Positions 35,987-48,978 of a DNA stretch of 64,000 bases are shown here, piece after piece. Under the pieces are notes generated by a model, which was given only the letters and a program-made list of their open reading frames with translations, did no database searches and was not told the DNA's origin. The first letter of the stretch is position 1. Every line of letters starts with the position of its first letter. The position numbers were made by a program, and so were the translations under genes. Origin of the DNA: Myxococcota bacterium (GTDB lineage Bacteria; Myxococcota_A; UBA9042; PHBI01; JAWLBL01); assembly GCA_041687695.1 (NCBI GenBank), contig JAWLBL010000019.1:110685-174684 (forward strand), given 5' to 3'.

Positions 35987-36874
35987 ATGACCGAAGTCCC
36001 CAAGGACCCGCCCACCGACCTCACCCAGCTCACCCTGGCCGAGGTCCCGCTCGCTCGCATGGGCCCGGGCGGAGACCTGCGGCCGTCGTTCGTGGGACTT
36101 CAGCGTCCCTGGACCCGCCGGGGGGTGCACCGCTGGCTCGACCTGGTCGATCCCGCCGGTCGCTGGCCGGTCGCGGTCCTCGGCGCGCTGCCTGCTTCGG
36201 GCGCGCCGGCGCTCGCAGGCGCGCTGGTCGCTCTCTGGGCCTCGGAGCCGCTCGAGCGCTTCGACGACCTGTTCGATCGACCGCGTGGGCCCGCTGGTGA
36301 CGCGTCGCGTCGCCCCCAGGGCGGCATCTGGCACTTCATCTCGGTGACGACCGACCCGCGAGCCCGCGGCGCCGATCTGGGCCGGCGCCTGGTCGAGGTC
36401 GCTCTGGATTGGGTCCGCGCCACCTCCGGTGCAGACGAGGCCCGCACCCTGTCGCCCGCGGTCGGCCTGCCCGATCTCGCAAAGCGCGTCGCGCCCGGCG
36501 CCCCGTTCGAGCGAGCGGCGATGGTCGCGCTGCGCGCGGCGGCCCGCGAGGACGGCTCGCCGGTCATGCCCATCGTCCGCCTCCACCTCGGGGCCGGGGC
36601 CTGGCTCGAGCGCGTCCTGTTCGACAGCCGGCGCGACGACGTGGACAGCGGCGCCGTGACCCTGCGGTTCGCCTACGCGGTGGACGCTCACCGTCGAGAT
36701 GCCCAACGTCGGCGCTACGGCGACTGGTGCGCCGCCCGGGCCCGCGCCGTCGCGGCCGGGCAGGCCTCGCCCGGAGGCGAGGGGGTCTGGCTGGCGCCCG
36801 ACCGGGTGGACGCCGACCTGGTGGCCGGGGCCGTCGACCAGGGCGACGAGCGCACGGTCGGGGGGCGCCCTTGA
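35987..36874 (+). CDS. Hypothetical protein (GNAT-like)
   Basis: ISVTTDPRARGADLGRRLV resembles the acetyl-CoA-binding motif A. Confidence 0.5.
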   Translation: MTEVPKDPPTDLTQLTLAEVPLARMGPGGDLRPSFVGLQRPWTRRGVHRWLDLVDPAGRWPVAVLGALPASGAPALAGALVALWASEPLERFDDLFDRPRGPAGDASRRPQGGIWHFISVTTDPRARGADLGRRLVEVALDWVRATSGADEARTLSPAVGLPDLAKRVAPGAPFERAAMVALRAAAREDGSPVMPIVRLHLGAGAWLERVLFDSRRDDVDSGAVTLRFAYAVDAHRRDAQRRRYGDWCAARARAVAAGQASPGGEGVWLAPDRVDADLVAGAVDQGDERTVGGRP

Positions 36875-37009
36875 TCGGCAGGTCCAGGAGGCGGTCGCCC
36901 CGCGCCGGCGCGGGTGTTGGCGCCATGTCGCGAATCTGCTACGGTCACCTCCGGCAAATCGCCACGCGTTTCGTTCGCGTTGGGGACGGGTCGTCCAGGG
37001 GAGCCGACG

Positions 37010-38887
<1,878 letters not shown>

Positions 38888-39121
38888 GCGATGAACGCGG
38901 GCCTCACGGGCTCGCGCGCGCTCGTTGGGTCCGCTCGCGTTGGTTCACCCGGGCGTCGGGGGCGGCCCGCCTCGCTCCGGTCGGTTCGCGACCAGTCGCG
39001 AGCCGTCGTCCGGTGGCGCCGTTGCCCCGATGGGCCGGCTTGGGGTAGGTTCGACGGTGCGCACGGGGAGCTCGTGCGGTGGTCTGGGGCCGCGGTCGCG
39101 CGGCCAAGGGGAGGGTGATCG

Positions 39122-40246
39122 GTGCGGCTCACTTCACGAATCCTGGCGTGCGGGCTCTCCGCCGTCGTGATGCTCGGTTCGGTCCCGGCCTACGCCAACA
39201 GCTCCGAGAAGGAAGCGTTCGAGCTCTACCAGGCCACCCGCGAGGACTTCGACAAGCGCGACTTCGCGTCGGCGGTCGACAAGCTCACGCGCGCCTACAA
39301 GATGTTCCCCAAGCCGCTCATCCTGCTCAAGCGGGCCGAGGCCTACGAGGCGATGGGGCTCATCGAGGAGTCGCACGCCGACTACGTCGAGGTCTCGAAG
39401 GCCAGCGATGACATGAAGAAGCGTGTCACGCCCGCGCTCCGCCGCTTGGAGGGCCTGCTCGCCAAGCCGGTGTCCGTGTCGGTCCTGAGCGGCAGCGTCA
39501 CGGGGGCCCGCATCATCGTCGACGGCAAGGACGCCGGTAGCACGACGCCGTCGGTGCTCGAGCTGCCGCGCGGCGCCCACTCCATCCGCGTGGTCAAGGA
39601 AGGCTACAAGCCGTTCGAGATCTCGGGCTTCGTGGCCAAGGGCACCGAGACGCTGGTCGTCGAGGCCGGCCTCGAGCCGCTGGTCGGGCGCGTCCGGGTG
39701 CGGCTCGACTCGGGCACCTTCGCGAACACCCGCGTGATGATCGACGACCGCCCGCTCTCCGTGTCGGACCCGGCCAGCGCGACGGCCGATCCCGTCGAGG
39801 TGCAGATCGGCAAGCACGACCTGGTCTGCACCCGCCCCGACACCCCGCGCTTCTACAAGCCCTTCCAGGTCGAGGCGGACGCCGACGTCGAGGTCTCCTG
39901 CGACTTCAAGACGTTCCTGCGCGCCGAGGAGCCGTCCAGCGCGGCGGGGTGGGTCACGCTGACCAGTGGCATCGTCGCGGCGGGCGTGGGCGGCGGATTC
40001 CTTTACAAGTACTACGTCTACGACGAGCAGCGGATGCAGGACGAGAAGCTCCGCCGGGTCTCCGGCAGTGAGCACATCGTCGGGGCCGCGCTGGTCGGCG
40101 TCGGCGTCGTCACGATGGGCATCTCGTACTTCCTGTTCCCCGAGGCCCCACCCGAAGGCACCGGCAGCGTCAACGTCTCCGGTTGGCGCCTCGACGTGGC
40201 CCCGCTGGACGGCGGCGGCCTGCTCGGCGCCTCGGGGCGCTTCTAG
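39122..40246 (+). CDS. TPR / PEGA domain membrane protein
   Basis: Signal peptide, TPR helices, GARIIVDG...TP...G.H.IRVVKEGY. Confidence 0.8.
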   Translation: MRLTSRILACGLSAVVMLGSVPAYANSSEKEAFELYQATREDFDKRDFASAVDKLTRAYKMFPKPLILLKRAEAYEAMGLIEESHADYVEVSKASDDMKKRVTPALRRLEGLLAKPVSVSVLSGSVTGARIIVDGKDAGSTTPSVLELPRGAHSIRVVKEGYKPFEISGFVAKGTETLVVEAGLEPLVGRVRVRLDSGTFANTRVMIDDRPLSVSDPASATADPVEVQIGKHDLVCTRPDTPRFYKPFQVEADADVEVSCDFKTFLRAEEPSSAAGWVTLTSGIVAAGVGGGFLYKYYVYDEQRMQDEKLRRVSGSEHIVGAALVGVGVVTMGISYFLFPEAPPEGTGSVNVSGWRLDVAPLDGGGLLGASGRF

Positions 40247-40317
40247 GCTCTCGACGCCGCGCAAGGACGAGCGGCGCTGGAAGGGGCGACGCGTAACGGC
40301 ACGGCGCCCACGACGAG

Positions 40318-40403
40318 ACTGGCAGCGTGAACGTCTCGGTTGGCGCCTCGACGTGGCCCCGCTGGACGGCGGCGGTCTGCTCGGCGCGTCCGGTCGCCCT
40401 CAG
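40318..40403 (+). repeat. Degenerate duplicate of the 3' end of the PEGA gene (40160-40246)
   Basis: Direct alignment. Confidence 0.8.
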
Positions 40404-40544
40404 TCCCTCGGCGCCGCCGCGATTCCATCGACGTTCAGCGTAGGGCATGGCCAGCGAGCCGGAGCATCCCCGCATGCGACGCGAATCGTTTCCGTGCGCC
40501 GGGTCGCGACCGCTCGTCGCCACGGTGACAGATACTGAAGCCAG

Positions 40545-40865
40545 GCACGGGCTGCCACGGCTACGGACGACAGCCTCGGCCACGGCGACGGCCACGGCCA
40601 CGGCTGACGGCCACGGCGACGGCCACGGCCACGGCCACGGCCGACAGCCACGGTCACGGACGACAGCCTCGGCCACGGCGACGGCCACGGCCACGGACGA
40701 CGGCCACGGACGACGGCCACGGCTGACGGCCACGGCCACGGCCACGGCCACGGCCGACAGCCACGGTCACGGACGACGGCCACGGACAACGGCCACGGCC
40801 ACGGACGACGGCCTCGGACACGGAGGACGGCCACGACCACGGACGACGGCCACGGCCACCGCCGC
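40545..40865 (+). repeat. Imperfect (ACGGCC)n hexamer tandem repeat
   Basis: Visible low-complexity array between convergent genes. Confidence 0.85.
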
Positions 40866-40939
40866 CTACCCGACGACTACGGGCCTCGCCACGGCCGCGC
40901 CCCCGAACAGGCTCGCGGCCTACCGTCCGGTCGCCCGCC

Positions 40940-43165
40940 TCAGGCCGACCGCCGGCGCCGAACGAGCCCGAGCGCCAGCACGGTGAGCAGGGCCGCCGGC
41001 CACGGTGCCGTGCCGCCGCCCGAGCAGCCCAGGCCGCTGGAGGTGCCCCCCGCGCCGCCGCTCGTCGGCTGGCTCGGCTGGCCTACCTGGATGTCGGCGC
41101 CGCCCTTGGGGCCGGTGTCGTCGCTGGGGTGCGGACCGAGGTCGGCGCCGTCGTCGGCGGTCTGGGTCGCGTCGGCGCCCTGGGACGAAGCGGCGTCGGG
41201 CTCGGGCTCGGCCACCGGCGGAGGCTTGGGCGCGCAGTGGCCGACGGTGCTGGAGATCTGTTCGCAGACCTGGTCCACGCCGCAGGTCGAGGCGCCGAAC
41301 GGGCTGCAGGGCTGCACGCAGACGTTGTCGTGGCACAGGTAGGACTGGCAGGCGTTGTCCTGGCCGCACGGCTTGCCCAGGCTGTTGGGGCCGGGCGCGA
41401 CGCAGACGCCCTCGGGCTTGGTCGGCGCGACGCGGCCGCAGGTCAGCCCCGAAGGGCAGGTCGCGGCCGGGTTGAAGATCGAGCAGGCGATGGCGCACAC
41501 GCCGTCGTCGCACACGCCGCTGACGCACTCGCTGCCCGCCTGGCAGCTGGCCCCGTCGGGGACGCAGGCCACCTTGGCGCCCGGCGCGCAGACGTCGCCC
41601 GAGGTCGTGCCGACGCACTGCATGCCGCACGGGCAGTCATCGTGCGAGCCGCAGCCTCCCGTGCAGACGTAGGCGCTGCCGCCGATGCTGGCGCACAGGT
41701 CGCTCTCGCACTCGAAGCTCCCCTCGCAGGTCTCGCCCACGGACTTCTGCTCGGTCTTGAAGCACCCACCCAGGCTCTGCGACAGGGCGAAGCACCCGTA
41801 GCCGTCCGGGCACTGCGCGCTGCTCGAGCACGGATCGGTGCACAGGTAGCTGAACCCGTCCCCGGCGCACAGCCCCGAGGCGCACTCGCTGCTGCTCTGG
41901 CACGGCTCCCCCGTCGCCTTGCTGCCCGTGGCGGGGGGCGCGTCCTCGAAGCAGGCCCCGTAGTTGACCCCGCTCAGGCCGTAGCAGACGTACCCGGCGG
42001 GGCAGGGCTGCGCCGACGTGCACTTCTGACGGCAGACCTGGCCGCCGTCCTCGATGACGCACAGCTGGCTCTTGCACTCGCTGCTCGAGGTGCAGGCCTG
42101 GCCGTTGTCCTTGGTCCCCGTCGTCGGGCTGGTGCCCTCGAGGCACACGCCGAGGTTGGGCGAGTTCGAGTACGGCACGCACGTGAAGCCGCCGGGGCAG
42201 TTGCCGCTCTGCGGCGAGCACTCCTGCGCGCACACCCCCGACCCGCCGCTGAGCGGCTGGCAGAACAGCGGGTCCGCGCAGTCGTAGCTGCCCGAGCACC
42301 CGTCACCGAGCGCGCCGGCCCCGGTCGGGATCTCGTTGGAGATGCCGCCGCAGTAGCCGCCGGTGCAGGCGAGCTGGCCCGCGTAGAACTCGCCGTTGGG
42401 ACCGTCGTCGACCACCAGCGGACAATCGGCGTTCGAGGCGCAGGTGTGGCTGCCCTTGGGCTGCAGGAAGCACAGCCCCTTCAGATCGTCGGCCTCGGGC
42501 GTCCGCGAGCGCATGAACGGGTCGGCCGTGGGCGCCATGGTCGGCGGGTTGCTCTCGTCGTAGCCGCCCAGGTTGTGCTGCAGCCCGAAGTAGTGGCCGA
42601 TCTCGTGGACCATGACGTTCATCACGTCGGTCGAGTAGTTCGCGCCCGACAGGCTCCAGGACTGCAGGTAGCCGTTGAGCGCGATGTCGGCCTCGAAGAT
42701 CGAGCCGGCGTCGGGGCCGCTGGTCCAGAAGATCGGCCCCGTCACCCCCAGCGTGTACTTGCCGTACGTCCACTGGCTGCCTTCGATCCAGGCGATCTCG
42801 TTCTTGCCGTTGTCGCCATAGCCGATCGACGTCAGCTGAAGGTTCTGGCTGAAGCCCTGCTCGACGAAGCTCACGTCGGCGCAGTTGGCCTTCCAGGCGG
42901 CGAAGCTGGCGCGCACGGCGTCGAGGCAGGCGGCCGTCTGCAGATCCGACGAGCAGGACGGGTGCAGGTGGTAGGCCAGCGACTTCTTGTTCCAGCGCAC
43001 GATGGCGCCCGTGTCGCCGCCGGTCAGCGTGACCGAGTACGCCAGGGCGGCCGGGGCCGCACCCAGGACGGCGAGCGCGACCGCCGCGGCGAGCGGCGCG
43101 CCGAAGCGGGGCGTGCGCCCGATCGTCACCAGGGGCGTGCGCCCGTGTGTCACCAGACGTTGCAT
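40940..43165 (-). CDS. Matrixin-family zinc metalloprotease with Cys-rich repeats and MYXO-CTERM-like tail
   Basis: HEIGHYFGLQH; many Cys repeats; GCS...TM-RRRR C-terminus. Confidence 0.85.
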   Translation of the reverse strand: MQRLVTHGRTPLVTIGRTPRFGAPLAAAVALAVLGAAPAALAYSVTLTGGDTGAIVRWNKKSLAYHLHPSCSSDLQTAACLDAVRASFAAWKANCADVSFVEQGFSQNLQLTSIGYGDNGKNEIAWIEGSQWTYGKYTLGVTGPIFWTSGPDAGSIFEADIALNGYLQSWSLSGANYSTDVMNVMVHEIGHYFGLQHNLGGYDESNPPTMAPTADPFMRSRTPEADDLKGLCFLQPKGSHTCASNADCPLVVDDGPNGEFYAGQLACTGGYCGGISNEIPTGAGALGDGCSGSYDCADPLFCQPLSGGSGVCAQECSPQSGNCPGGFTCVPYSNSPNLGVCLEGTSPTTGTKDNGQACTSSSECKSQLCVIEDGGQVCRQKCTSAQPCPAGYVCYGLSGVNYGACFEDAPPATGSKATGEPCQSSSECASGLCAGDGFSYLCTDPCSSSAQCPDGYGCFALSQSLGGCFKTEQKSVGETCEGSFECESDLCASIGGSAYVCTGGCGSHDDCPCGMQCVGTTSGDVCAPGAKVACVPDGASCQAGSECVSGVCDDGVCAIACSIFNPAATCPSGLTCGRVAPTKPEGVCVAPGPNSLGKPCGQDNACQSYLCHDNVCVQPCSPFGASTCGVDQVCEQISSTVGHCAPKPPPVAEPEPDAASSQGADATQTADDGADLGPHPSDDTGPKGGADIQVGQPSQPTSGGAGGTSSGLGCSGGGTAPWPAALLTVLALGLVRRRRSA

Positions 43166-43217
43166 GCCACGGCTCCCGAGGTCGGTCGTGGGACGGACGG
43201 AGGACGCGCGCGCCGTA

Positions 43218-43808
43218 TCAGGGCGTCGGCGGCGCCTGCTGGGCCAGGTAGATGTCCCGGACCAGCTCGCCCAGCGGGCGGGCGTCGCTCATCAGCGCCG
43301 GCTCGGCGTGCGCCAGGCGCCCCTGCGCGTCGCGGCGCATCAGATGCACGCCGCCGGTCGACTGGCGCACCCAGGCCTGACCGTCCGGACCGACCGCGAC
43401 GCGCCAGACCCCCTGGCCGAGGCCGCAGGGCACGTGGCCGACGCTGGTCTTCTCGAGGAAGAGCACGACGTCCTCGCCCGCGACGAAGGTCGGCATGCCC
43501 GGGATGCGCAGCTCGATGCCGTCGGCCCCGCGTCCGCCCACCATGCGCAGCGTGTAGCGCGCGGGCACCTCGGCGCCCCGGTAGACCTCGGTCACGCTGA
43601 GGTCCACGTCGGTGAACAGCCCGCCGCCCTGCGGCCGCAGGTCGACCCAGCGGACGCCCACGACCCGCGCCCGGACCACCCACTCGGACGTGACGGTCAT
43701 GTCGGGGACGTCGACCTGGAGCACGGTCGTCGCGCGCGCGGGCGCGGCGGACAGCGGCGCCGCCGCGAGCGCCAACATGAGGACGAGCGCCTTGGTGTTC
43801 ATGCCCAC
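43218..43808 (-). CDS. Secreted hypothetical protein, partner of the protease
   Basis: Signal peptide; GG...IPGMPTF..GEDVVLFL. Confidence 0.65.
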   Translation of the reverse strand: MGMNTKALVLMLALAAAPLSAAPARATTVLQVDVPDMTVTSEWVVRARVVGVRWVDLRPQGGGLFTDVDLSVTEVYRGAEVPARYTLRMVGGRGADGIELRIPGMPTFVAGEDVVLFLEKTSVGHVPCGLGQGVWRVAVGPDGQAWVRQSTGGVHLMRRDAQGRLAHAEPALMSDARPLGELVRDIYLAQQAPPTP

Positions 43809-43955
43809 TCCTGGTTCGAGGCGGGCGCAGCATACCAGAACGGCGCCCCCGGAAAACCCGCGGGAGACGCCTGGGACCGCGCGCGCGGTTCGTTGACGCG
43901 AACGCGCCAGGCCGGCGCCGTCGTCCCCAGCGGCCGGCGCGGGCGTCCGGGCGTG

Positions 43956-44420
43956 TCAGCGCATGGCGCGATCGATCTCGCGCTTGGCGTCGCGCTCCTT
44001 GAGATCCTGGCGCTTGTCGTAGTGCTTCTTGCCCTTGCCCAGGCCGATCTCGACCTTGACCCGCCCGTCCTTGAAGTAGAAGCGGAGCGGGACGCCGGTG
44101 AAGCCCTTCTCGCCGATCTTCTCGGAGATGCGCTCGATCTCGTCGCGGCTCAGCAGCAGCTTCCGACGCCGCATCGGGTCGTGTTGCTCGACGCTGGCGA
44201 ACGGGTACTCGGCGATGTGGACGTTGACCAGGAACAGCTCGCCGCCGAACTCGGCCACGTAGCCGTCGCCCGCGGTGACCTTGCCCTCGCGCAGGCTCTT
44301 GACCTCGCTGCCCATCAGCACGAGCCCGGCCTCGTAGGTCTCGTCGATGGCGTAGTCGTGGCGCGCCTTGCGGTTGGTCGCGATGGTCTGGTTGTTCTTG
44401 TCGGACTTGCGGCTGCCCAT
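43956..44420 (-). CDS. smpB: SsrA-binding protein SmpB
   Basis: NRKARHDY...EAGLVLMGSEVKSLR...GKGKKHYDKR. Confidence 0.96.
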   Translation of the reverse strand: MGSRKSDKNNQTIATNRKARHDYAIDETYEAGLVLMGSEVKSLREGKVTAGDGYVAEFGGELFLVNVHIAEYPFASVEQHDPMRRRKLLLSRDEIERISEKIGEKGFTGVPLRFYFKDGRVKVEIGLGKGKKHYDKRQDLKERDAKREIDRAMR

Positions 44421-44740
44421 GGCTCGGTCGGCTCCCTGAAGTGAGCGCTTGACTACCACGAAACGCCGCCGCCTGGGGAACCCTGGCCGCCGGCCGAGGG
44501 CGGATCGGGCCGAATTCCGGGCACCTTGCGCGCGACCATCCACAGCTCGCCCCCAGCGCGCCGGAGGCCTGTGGATGATGGGGATTGATGATCGTTCGAA
44601 TTGTCGCCGACTTACGGCGGCGTCATCCGATCGTCACCGGGGCGGGTGACCCCGGCGGACCCGCGTGGCACAAGGGGTCCTCGCCGTCGCCGGGGGGGAC
44701 GCGCCCAGCTTTCTTGCGCCCCCCGGTCGAGGCCCCATGC

Positions 44741-44830
44741 TGGCCATATATGGCGCAGCATGTAGTGTCCGGCATGGGTAGTGCACCAACATCTTGGGTT
44801 GACGGCGGCCGAGCGAGTCGCCATCTTAGC
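44741..44830 (+). promoter_or_regulatory. NrdR boxes and sigma70-type promoter of nrdJ
   Basis: GCGCAGCATGTAGTGT (44753-68) and CACCAACATCTTGGGT (44784-99) are 31 bp apart; CCATATATGG at 44744; TTGACG-N17-CATCTT. Confidence 0.75.
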
Positions 44831-45210
44831 AAGCCTTCAACGACGACGCGTTCGGCGAAACGAGCCCTCCGGGGGGAGGGGCGTGCCGGCCTCGTCCGCC
44901 TCCGGCTCCACGGCCGACGAGCGCCTCGGTGCGCTCTCGGTGGGGGCCGACCCGCGAGCGCGACCGCCGCCCGTGGGCGCGCGGACCGTCGAGGGAGCCC
45001 AATCACGACTTTCGCCACCGGCGACCTGCGCGCGGCCCCGGCCGGCGCTCTGACGCCTCGCGCCGAAGCGCCCCACCAGCCTCCGCGACATTCCAGTCAT
45101 CGATTCCGACGCCCGCCGCCGCGCCCGGGCGTCTCGGCGCGAGCGCTGCCACCGGCCCTCGCGCACCCCACATCCGCCTTCGAACCCCGAGCCCCAGGAA
45201 GCGTGACCTC

Positions 45211-48200
45211 ATGAAGATCGCCCGTCGCTACACCAAGAAAGGCCAGGATCCCTTCGCCCGCCTCGGCTTCACGACCCGCGCCTCGCGCATCACCAACCCC
45301 GACGGCAGCGTGGTCTTCGAGGCCCCGGAGGTGGTGGTCCCCGAGGGCTGGTCGCAGGTCGCGGTCGACGTGCTGGCGCAGAAGTACTTCCGCAAGGCCG
45401 GCGTCCCGGCGCGTCTGAAGGCGGTCGAGGAGGAGGGCGTGCCGGCCTGGCTGCAGCGCTCGGTGCCGGACGAGGCGGCCCTGGCCAAGCTCGACGAGGC
45501 CGAGCGGTCGACCAGCGAGCGCGACAGCCGGCAGGTCTTCGGGCGCCTGGCCGGCTGCTGGACCTACTGGGGCTGGCGGCACGGCTACTTCGCGACCGAG
45601 GAGGACGCGCGGGCGTTCCACGACGAGCTGTGCTTCATGCTGGCCAATCAGATGGTCGCGCCCAACTCGCCCCAGTGGTTCAACACGGGGCTGCACTGGG
45701 CCTACGGCATCGACGGCCCGGCGCAGGGCCACTGGTACGTCGACCCGAAGACGGGCGAGGCCAAGCCCAGCGAGACGGCCTACGCCCACCCGCAGCCGCA
45801 CGCCTGCTTCATCCAGTCGGTGGGCGACGATCTCGTGAACGAGGGCGGCATCATGGACCTGTGGGTCCGCGAGGCGCGCCTGTTCAAGTACGGCTCGGGC
45901 ACCGGGTCGAACTTCTCGCACCTGCGGGGCGAGGGCGAGCCCCTGTCGGGCGGCGGGCGCTCGAGCGGCCTGATGAGCTTCCTCAAAATAGGCGACCGCG
46001 CCGCCGGCGCCATCAAGTCGGGCGGCACCACGCGCCGCGCCGCCAAGATGGTGGTGCTCGACGTCGACCACCCGGACGTCGAGCAGTTCATCAACTGGAA
46101 GGTGCTCGAGGAGCAGAAGGTCGCGAGCCTGGTCCTGGGCTCGCGCCTGAACAACAAGCACCTCAACGCCATCCTGAAGGCCATCGGCGAGGCCAAGCGC
46201 CGCGGGATGAACGGCGAGTCCACCAAGGCCCGCAGCAACCCCGACCTGGCCAAGGCGCTGCGTGACGCGCGCGCCGCGGGCGTGCCCGACAACTACATCC
46301 ACCGCGTGATGCAGCTGGGCGAGCAGGGCATCACCGAGGTCTACTTCCCCGAGTACGACACCAACTGGGACTCCGAGGCCTACTACACGGTCAGCGGCCA
46401 GAACTCGAACAACTCGGTCCGCGTCAACAACGCCTTCCTCGAGGCCGTCGAGCGCGGCGAGGACTGGACGCTGCGCCGCCGCACGGACGGCAAGGTCGCC
46501 AAGGTCGTCAAGGCGCGCAGCCTCTGGGAGGAGATCGCCTACGCCGCCTGGAGCTGCGCCGACCCCGGGCTGCAGTTCGACACCACCATCAACGACTGGC
46601 ACACCTGCCCGAACGACGGCCGCATCAACGCGTCCAACCCGTGCTCCGAGTACATGTTCCTCGACGACACGGCGTGCAACCTCGCCAGCGCGAACCTGAT
46701 GAAGTTCCGCACCGAGGACGGCCGCTTCGACATCGAGAGCTTCGAGCACGCCTGCCGCCTGTGGACCGTCGTGCTCGAGATCTCGGTCCTGATGGCCCAG
46801 TTCCCGTCGCGCCGCATCGCCGAGCTGAGCTACGAGTTCCGCACGCTGGGCCTGGGCTACGCCAACATCGGCACCCTGCTGATGGTCCAGGGCATCCCCT
46901 ACGACAGCGAAGAGGCCCTGGCCGTCTGCGGCGCCATCAGCGCCATCATGACCGGCGTGTCGTACGCGACCAGCGCCGAGCTGGCCAAGGAGCTGGGGCC
47001 CTTCCCGGGCTACCAGCGCAACCGCGAGCCGATGCTGCGCGTCATCCGCAACCACCGCCGGGCCGCCTACAACGCCCCTCGCTCGGGCTACGAGGGCCTC
47101 AGCACGGCGCCCAAGGGCATCGACGGCGTCAAGGCCCCCGCCGATCTGCTGCAGGCCGCCAAGAAGGCCTGGGATCGGGCGCTCGAGCTGGGCGAAAAGC
47201 ACGGCTACCGCAACGCCCAGGTCACGGTCATCGCCCCGACCGGCACCATCGGCCTGGTGATGGACTGCGACACGACCGGCATCGAGCCGGACTTCGCCCT
47301 GGTCAAGTTCAAGAAGCTGGCCGGCGGCGGCTACTTCAAGATCATCAACCAGTCGGTCCCCGAGGCGCTGGCCAACCTGGGCTACTCGCCCGAGCAGGTG
47401 CAGGCCATCATCACCTACTGCGTGGGCACCAAGACCCTGGTCGGCGCCCCGCACGTCAACCGCGACGCCCTGGCCGCCCGGGGCTTTCCGGCCGAGGTGC
47501 TCGACCGCATCGAGCGCGAGCTCGGCCGCAGCTTCGAGCTGGGCTTCGCCTTCAACCGCTGGACGGTGGGCGACTCGGTCATCACCGATCGCCTGGGCGT
47601 CCCGGCGACCGAGCTCGACAAGCCCGGCTTCGATCTGCTGACCGCCCTGGGCTTTTCGGCCGACCAGGTCCGCGAGGCGAGCGACGTCATCTGCGGCCGC
47701 ATGACGGTCGAGGGCGCGCCCTTCCTGCAGGCCAAGCACCTGCCGGTCTTCGACTGCGCCAACAAATGCGGCCGCTACGGCACGCGCTACATCCACCCCG
47801 AGGCGCACATCCGCATGATGGCCGCCGCGCAGCCGTTCCTGTCGGGCGCCATCTCCAAGACCATCAACCTGCCCAACCACGCCACCGTCGAAGAGGTGCA
47901 GCAGGCCTACCTGCTCAGCTGGAAGCTGGGCGTCAAGGCCATCGCCCTGTACCGCGACGGCTCCAAGCTCTCGCAGCCGCTCAGCTCGTCGAGCGGCGAG
48001 TCGCTCGAGGATCTGCTGGCCGAGGTCGCCCCCGAGCCGGCGCCCCCGCCCTCGCCGGTCGAGCGCGCCGAGCGCATCGTCGTCAAGTACCTGGCCAAGC
48101 GCCGCAAGCTCCCCTACCGCCGCGCGGGTTACACCCAGAAGGCGGTCATCGCCGGGCACAACGTCTACCTGCGCACGGGCGAGTACGAGGACGGCACCCT

Positions 48201-48861
48201 GGGTGAGATCTTCCTCGACATGCACAAGGAGGGCGCGGCCTTCCGCAGCATGATGAACTGCTTCGCCATCGCCGTGTCGCTGGGCCTGCAGCACGGGGTG
48301 CCGCTCGAGGAGTACGTGGACGCCTTCCTGTTCACGCGCTTCGAGCCCAACGGCATCGTGCAGGGCAACCCCTACATCAAGATGACCACCTCGATCATCG
48401 ACTACATCTTCCGCGAGCTGGCGGTGACCTACCTGCACCGCCACGATCTGGCGCAGGTCAAGCCCGAGGGGTCCGCCATCGACGACGTGCGGTCCGGCGC
48501 GGACGGCGGCGGCCACGTGGGGGCGACGGCGCTGGTGCCGCGCACCGACCGGCTGCACCTGGGCGGCGGCATGGCGGCGGGCGCGGCCTCGGTCGGGCGC
48601 GTCGTGCAGGCGACCCCGGCGCTGGCGGTCGAGTCCGGCGGTCAGGTCGTCGCCGGCGGCGGTCAGGCCGCAGCGGCGGGCGCGGCCGTGCTGCCGGCCC
48701 TGGCGGCCGGCCCGCTGACCGGCCCGGGGGACGCGGCGCTGATGGCGCGGCTCAAGGGCTACGAGGGCGACGCCTGCCCCGACTGCGGCCACATGACGCT
48801 GGTCCGCAACGGCACCTGCCTCAAGTGCGTCACCTGCGGCTCGACCACCGGCTGCAGCTGA
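45211..48861 (+). CDS. nrdJ: Class II (B12-dependent) ribonucleotide reductase
   Basis: [36 protein letters not shown] domain, C-terminal CPDC/CVTC. Confidence 0.97.
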   Translation: MKIARRYTKKGQDPFARLGFTTRASRITNPDGSVVFEAPEVVVPEGWSQVAVDVLAQKYFRKAGVPARLKAVEEEGVPAWLQRSVPDEAALAKLDEAERSTSERDSRQVFGRLAGCWTYWGWRHGYFATEEDARAFHDELCFMLANQMVAPNSPQWFNTGLHWAYGIDGPAQGHWYVDPKTGEAKPSETAYAHPQPHACFIQSVGDDLVNEGGIMDLWVREARLFKYGSGTGSNFSHLRGEGEPLSGGGRSSGLMSFLKIGDRAAGAIKSGGTTRRAAKMVVLDVDHPDVEQFINWKVLEEQKVASLVLGSRLNNKHLNAILKAIGEAKRRGMNGESTKARSNPDLAKALRDARAAGVPDNYIHRVMQLGEQGITEVYFPEYDTNWDSEAYYTVSGQNSNNSVRVNNAFLEAVERGEDWTLRRRTDGKVAKVVKARSLWEEIAYAAWSCADPGLQFDTTINDWHTCPNDGRINASNPCSEYMFLDDTACNLASANLMKFRTEDGRFDIESFEHACRLWTVVLEISVLMAQFPSRRIAELSYEFRTLGLGYANIGTLLMVQGIPYDSEEALAVCGAISAIMTGVSYATSAELAKELGPFPGYQRNREPMLRVIRNHRRAAYNAPRSGYEGLSTAPKGIDGVKAPADLLQAAKKAWDRALELGEKHGYRNAQVTVIAPTGTIGLVMDCDTTGIEPDFALVKFKKLAGGGYFKIINQSVPEALANLGYSPEQVQAIITYCVGTKTLVGAPHVNRDALAARGFPAEVLDRIERELGRSFELGFAFNRWTVGDSVITDRLGVPATELDKPGFDLLTALGFSADQVREASDVICGRMTVEGAPFLQAKHLPVFDCANKCGRYGTRYIHPEAHIRMMAAAQPFLSGAISKTINLPNHATVEEVQQAYLLSWKLGVKAIALYRDGSKLSQPLSSSSGESLEDLLAEVAPEPAPPPSPVERAERIVVKYLAKRRKLPYRRAGYTQKAVIAGHNVYLRTGEYEDGTLGEIFLDMHKEGAAFRSMMNCFAIAVSLGLQHGVPLEEYVDAFLFTRFEPNGIVQGNPYIKMTTSIIDYIFRELAVTYLHRHDLAQVKPEGSAIDDVRSGADGGGHVGATALVPRTDRLHLGGGMAAGAASVGRVVQATPALAVESGGQVVAGGGQAAAAGAAVLPALAAGPLTGPGDAALMARLKGYEGDACPDCGHMTLVRNGTCLKCVTCGSTTGCS

Positions 48862-48978
48862 TCCTTCCCGAACCCGGATGAGGCGCCGGCCGCTCGTGTC
48901 GCGAGTGGCCGACCGCCTCGGGGGGTGGCTCGCGGCGCGCCTTTCCCTGACGCGTCGCGAGCCCGTCTTACCTCGCTC

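Noticed and set aside
40160..40403. DGR template/variable repeat pair
   Set aside because: Mismatches are not at adenines but at synonymous sites; no reverse transcriptase in the window
44420..45210. tmRNA next to smpB, or cobalamin riboswitch before nrdJ
   Set aside because: No tRNA-like ends, tag ORF or recognisable B12-box by eye; needs cmscan to exclude formally
45097..48792. Long antisense ORFs (1231 aa here; also 17525-19930, 23062-24993, 50359-53097)
   Set aside because: Shadow frames of real high-GC genes; Arg/Pro/Gly-rich with no motifs
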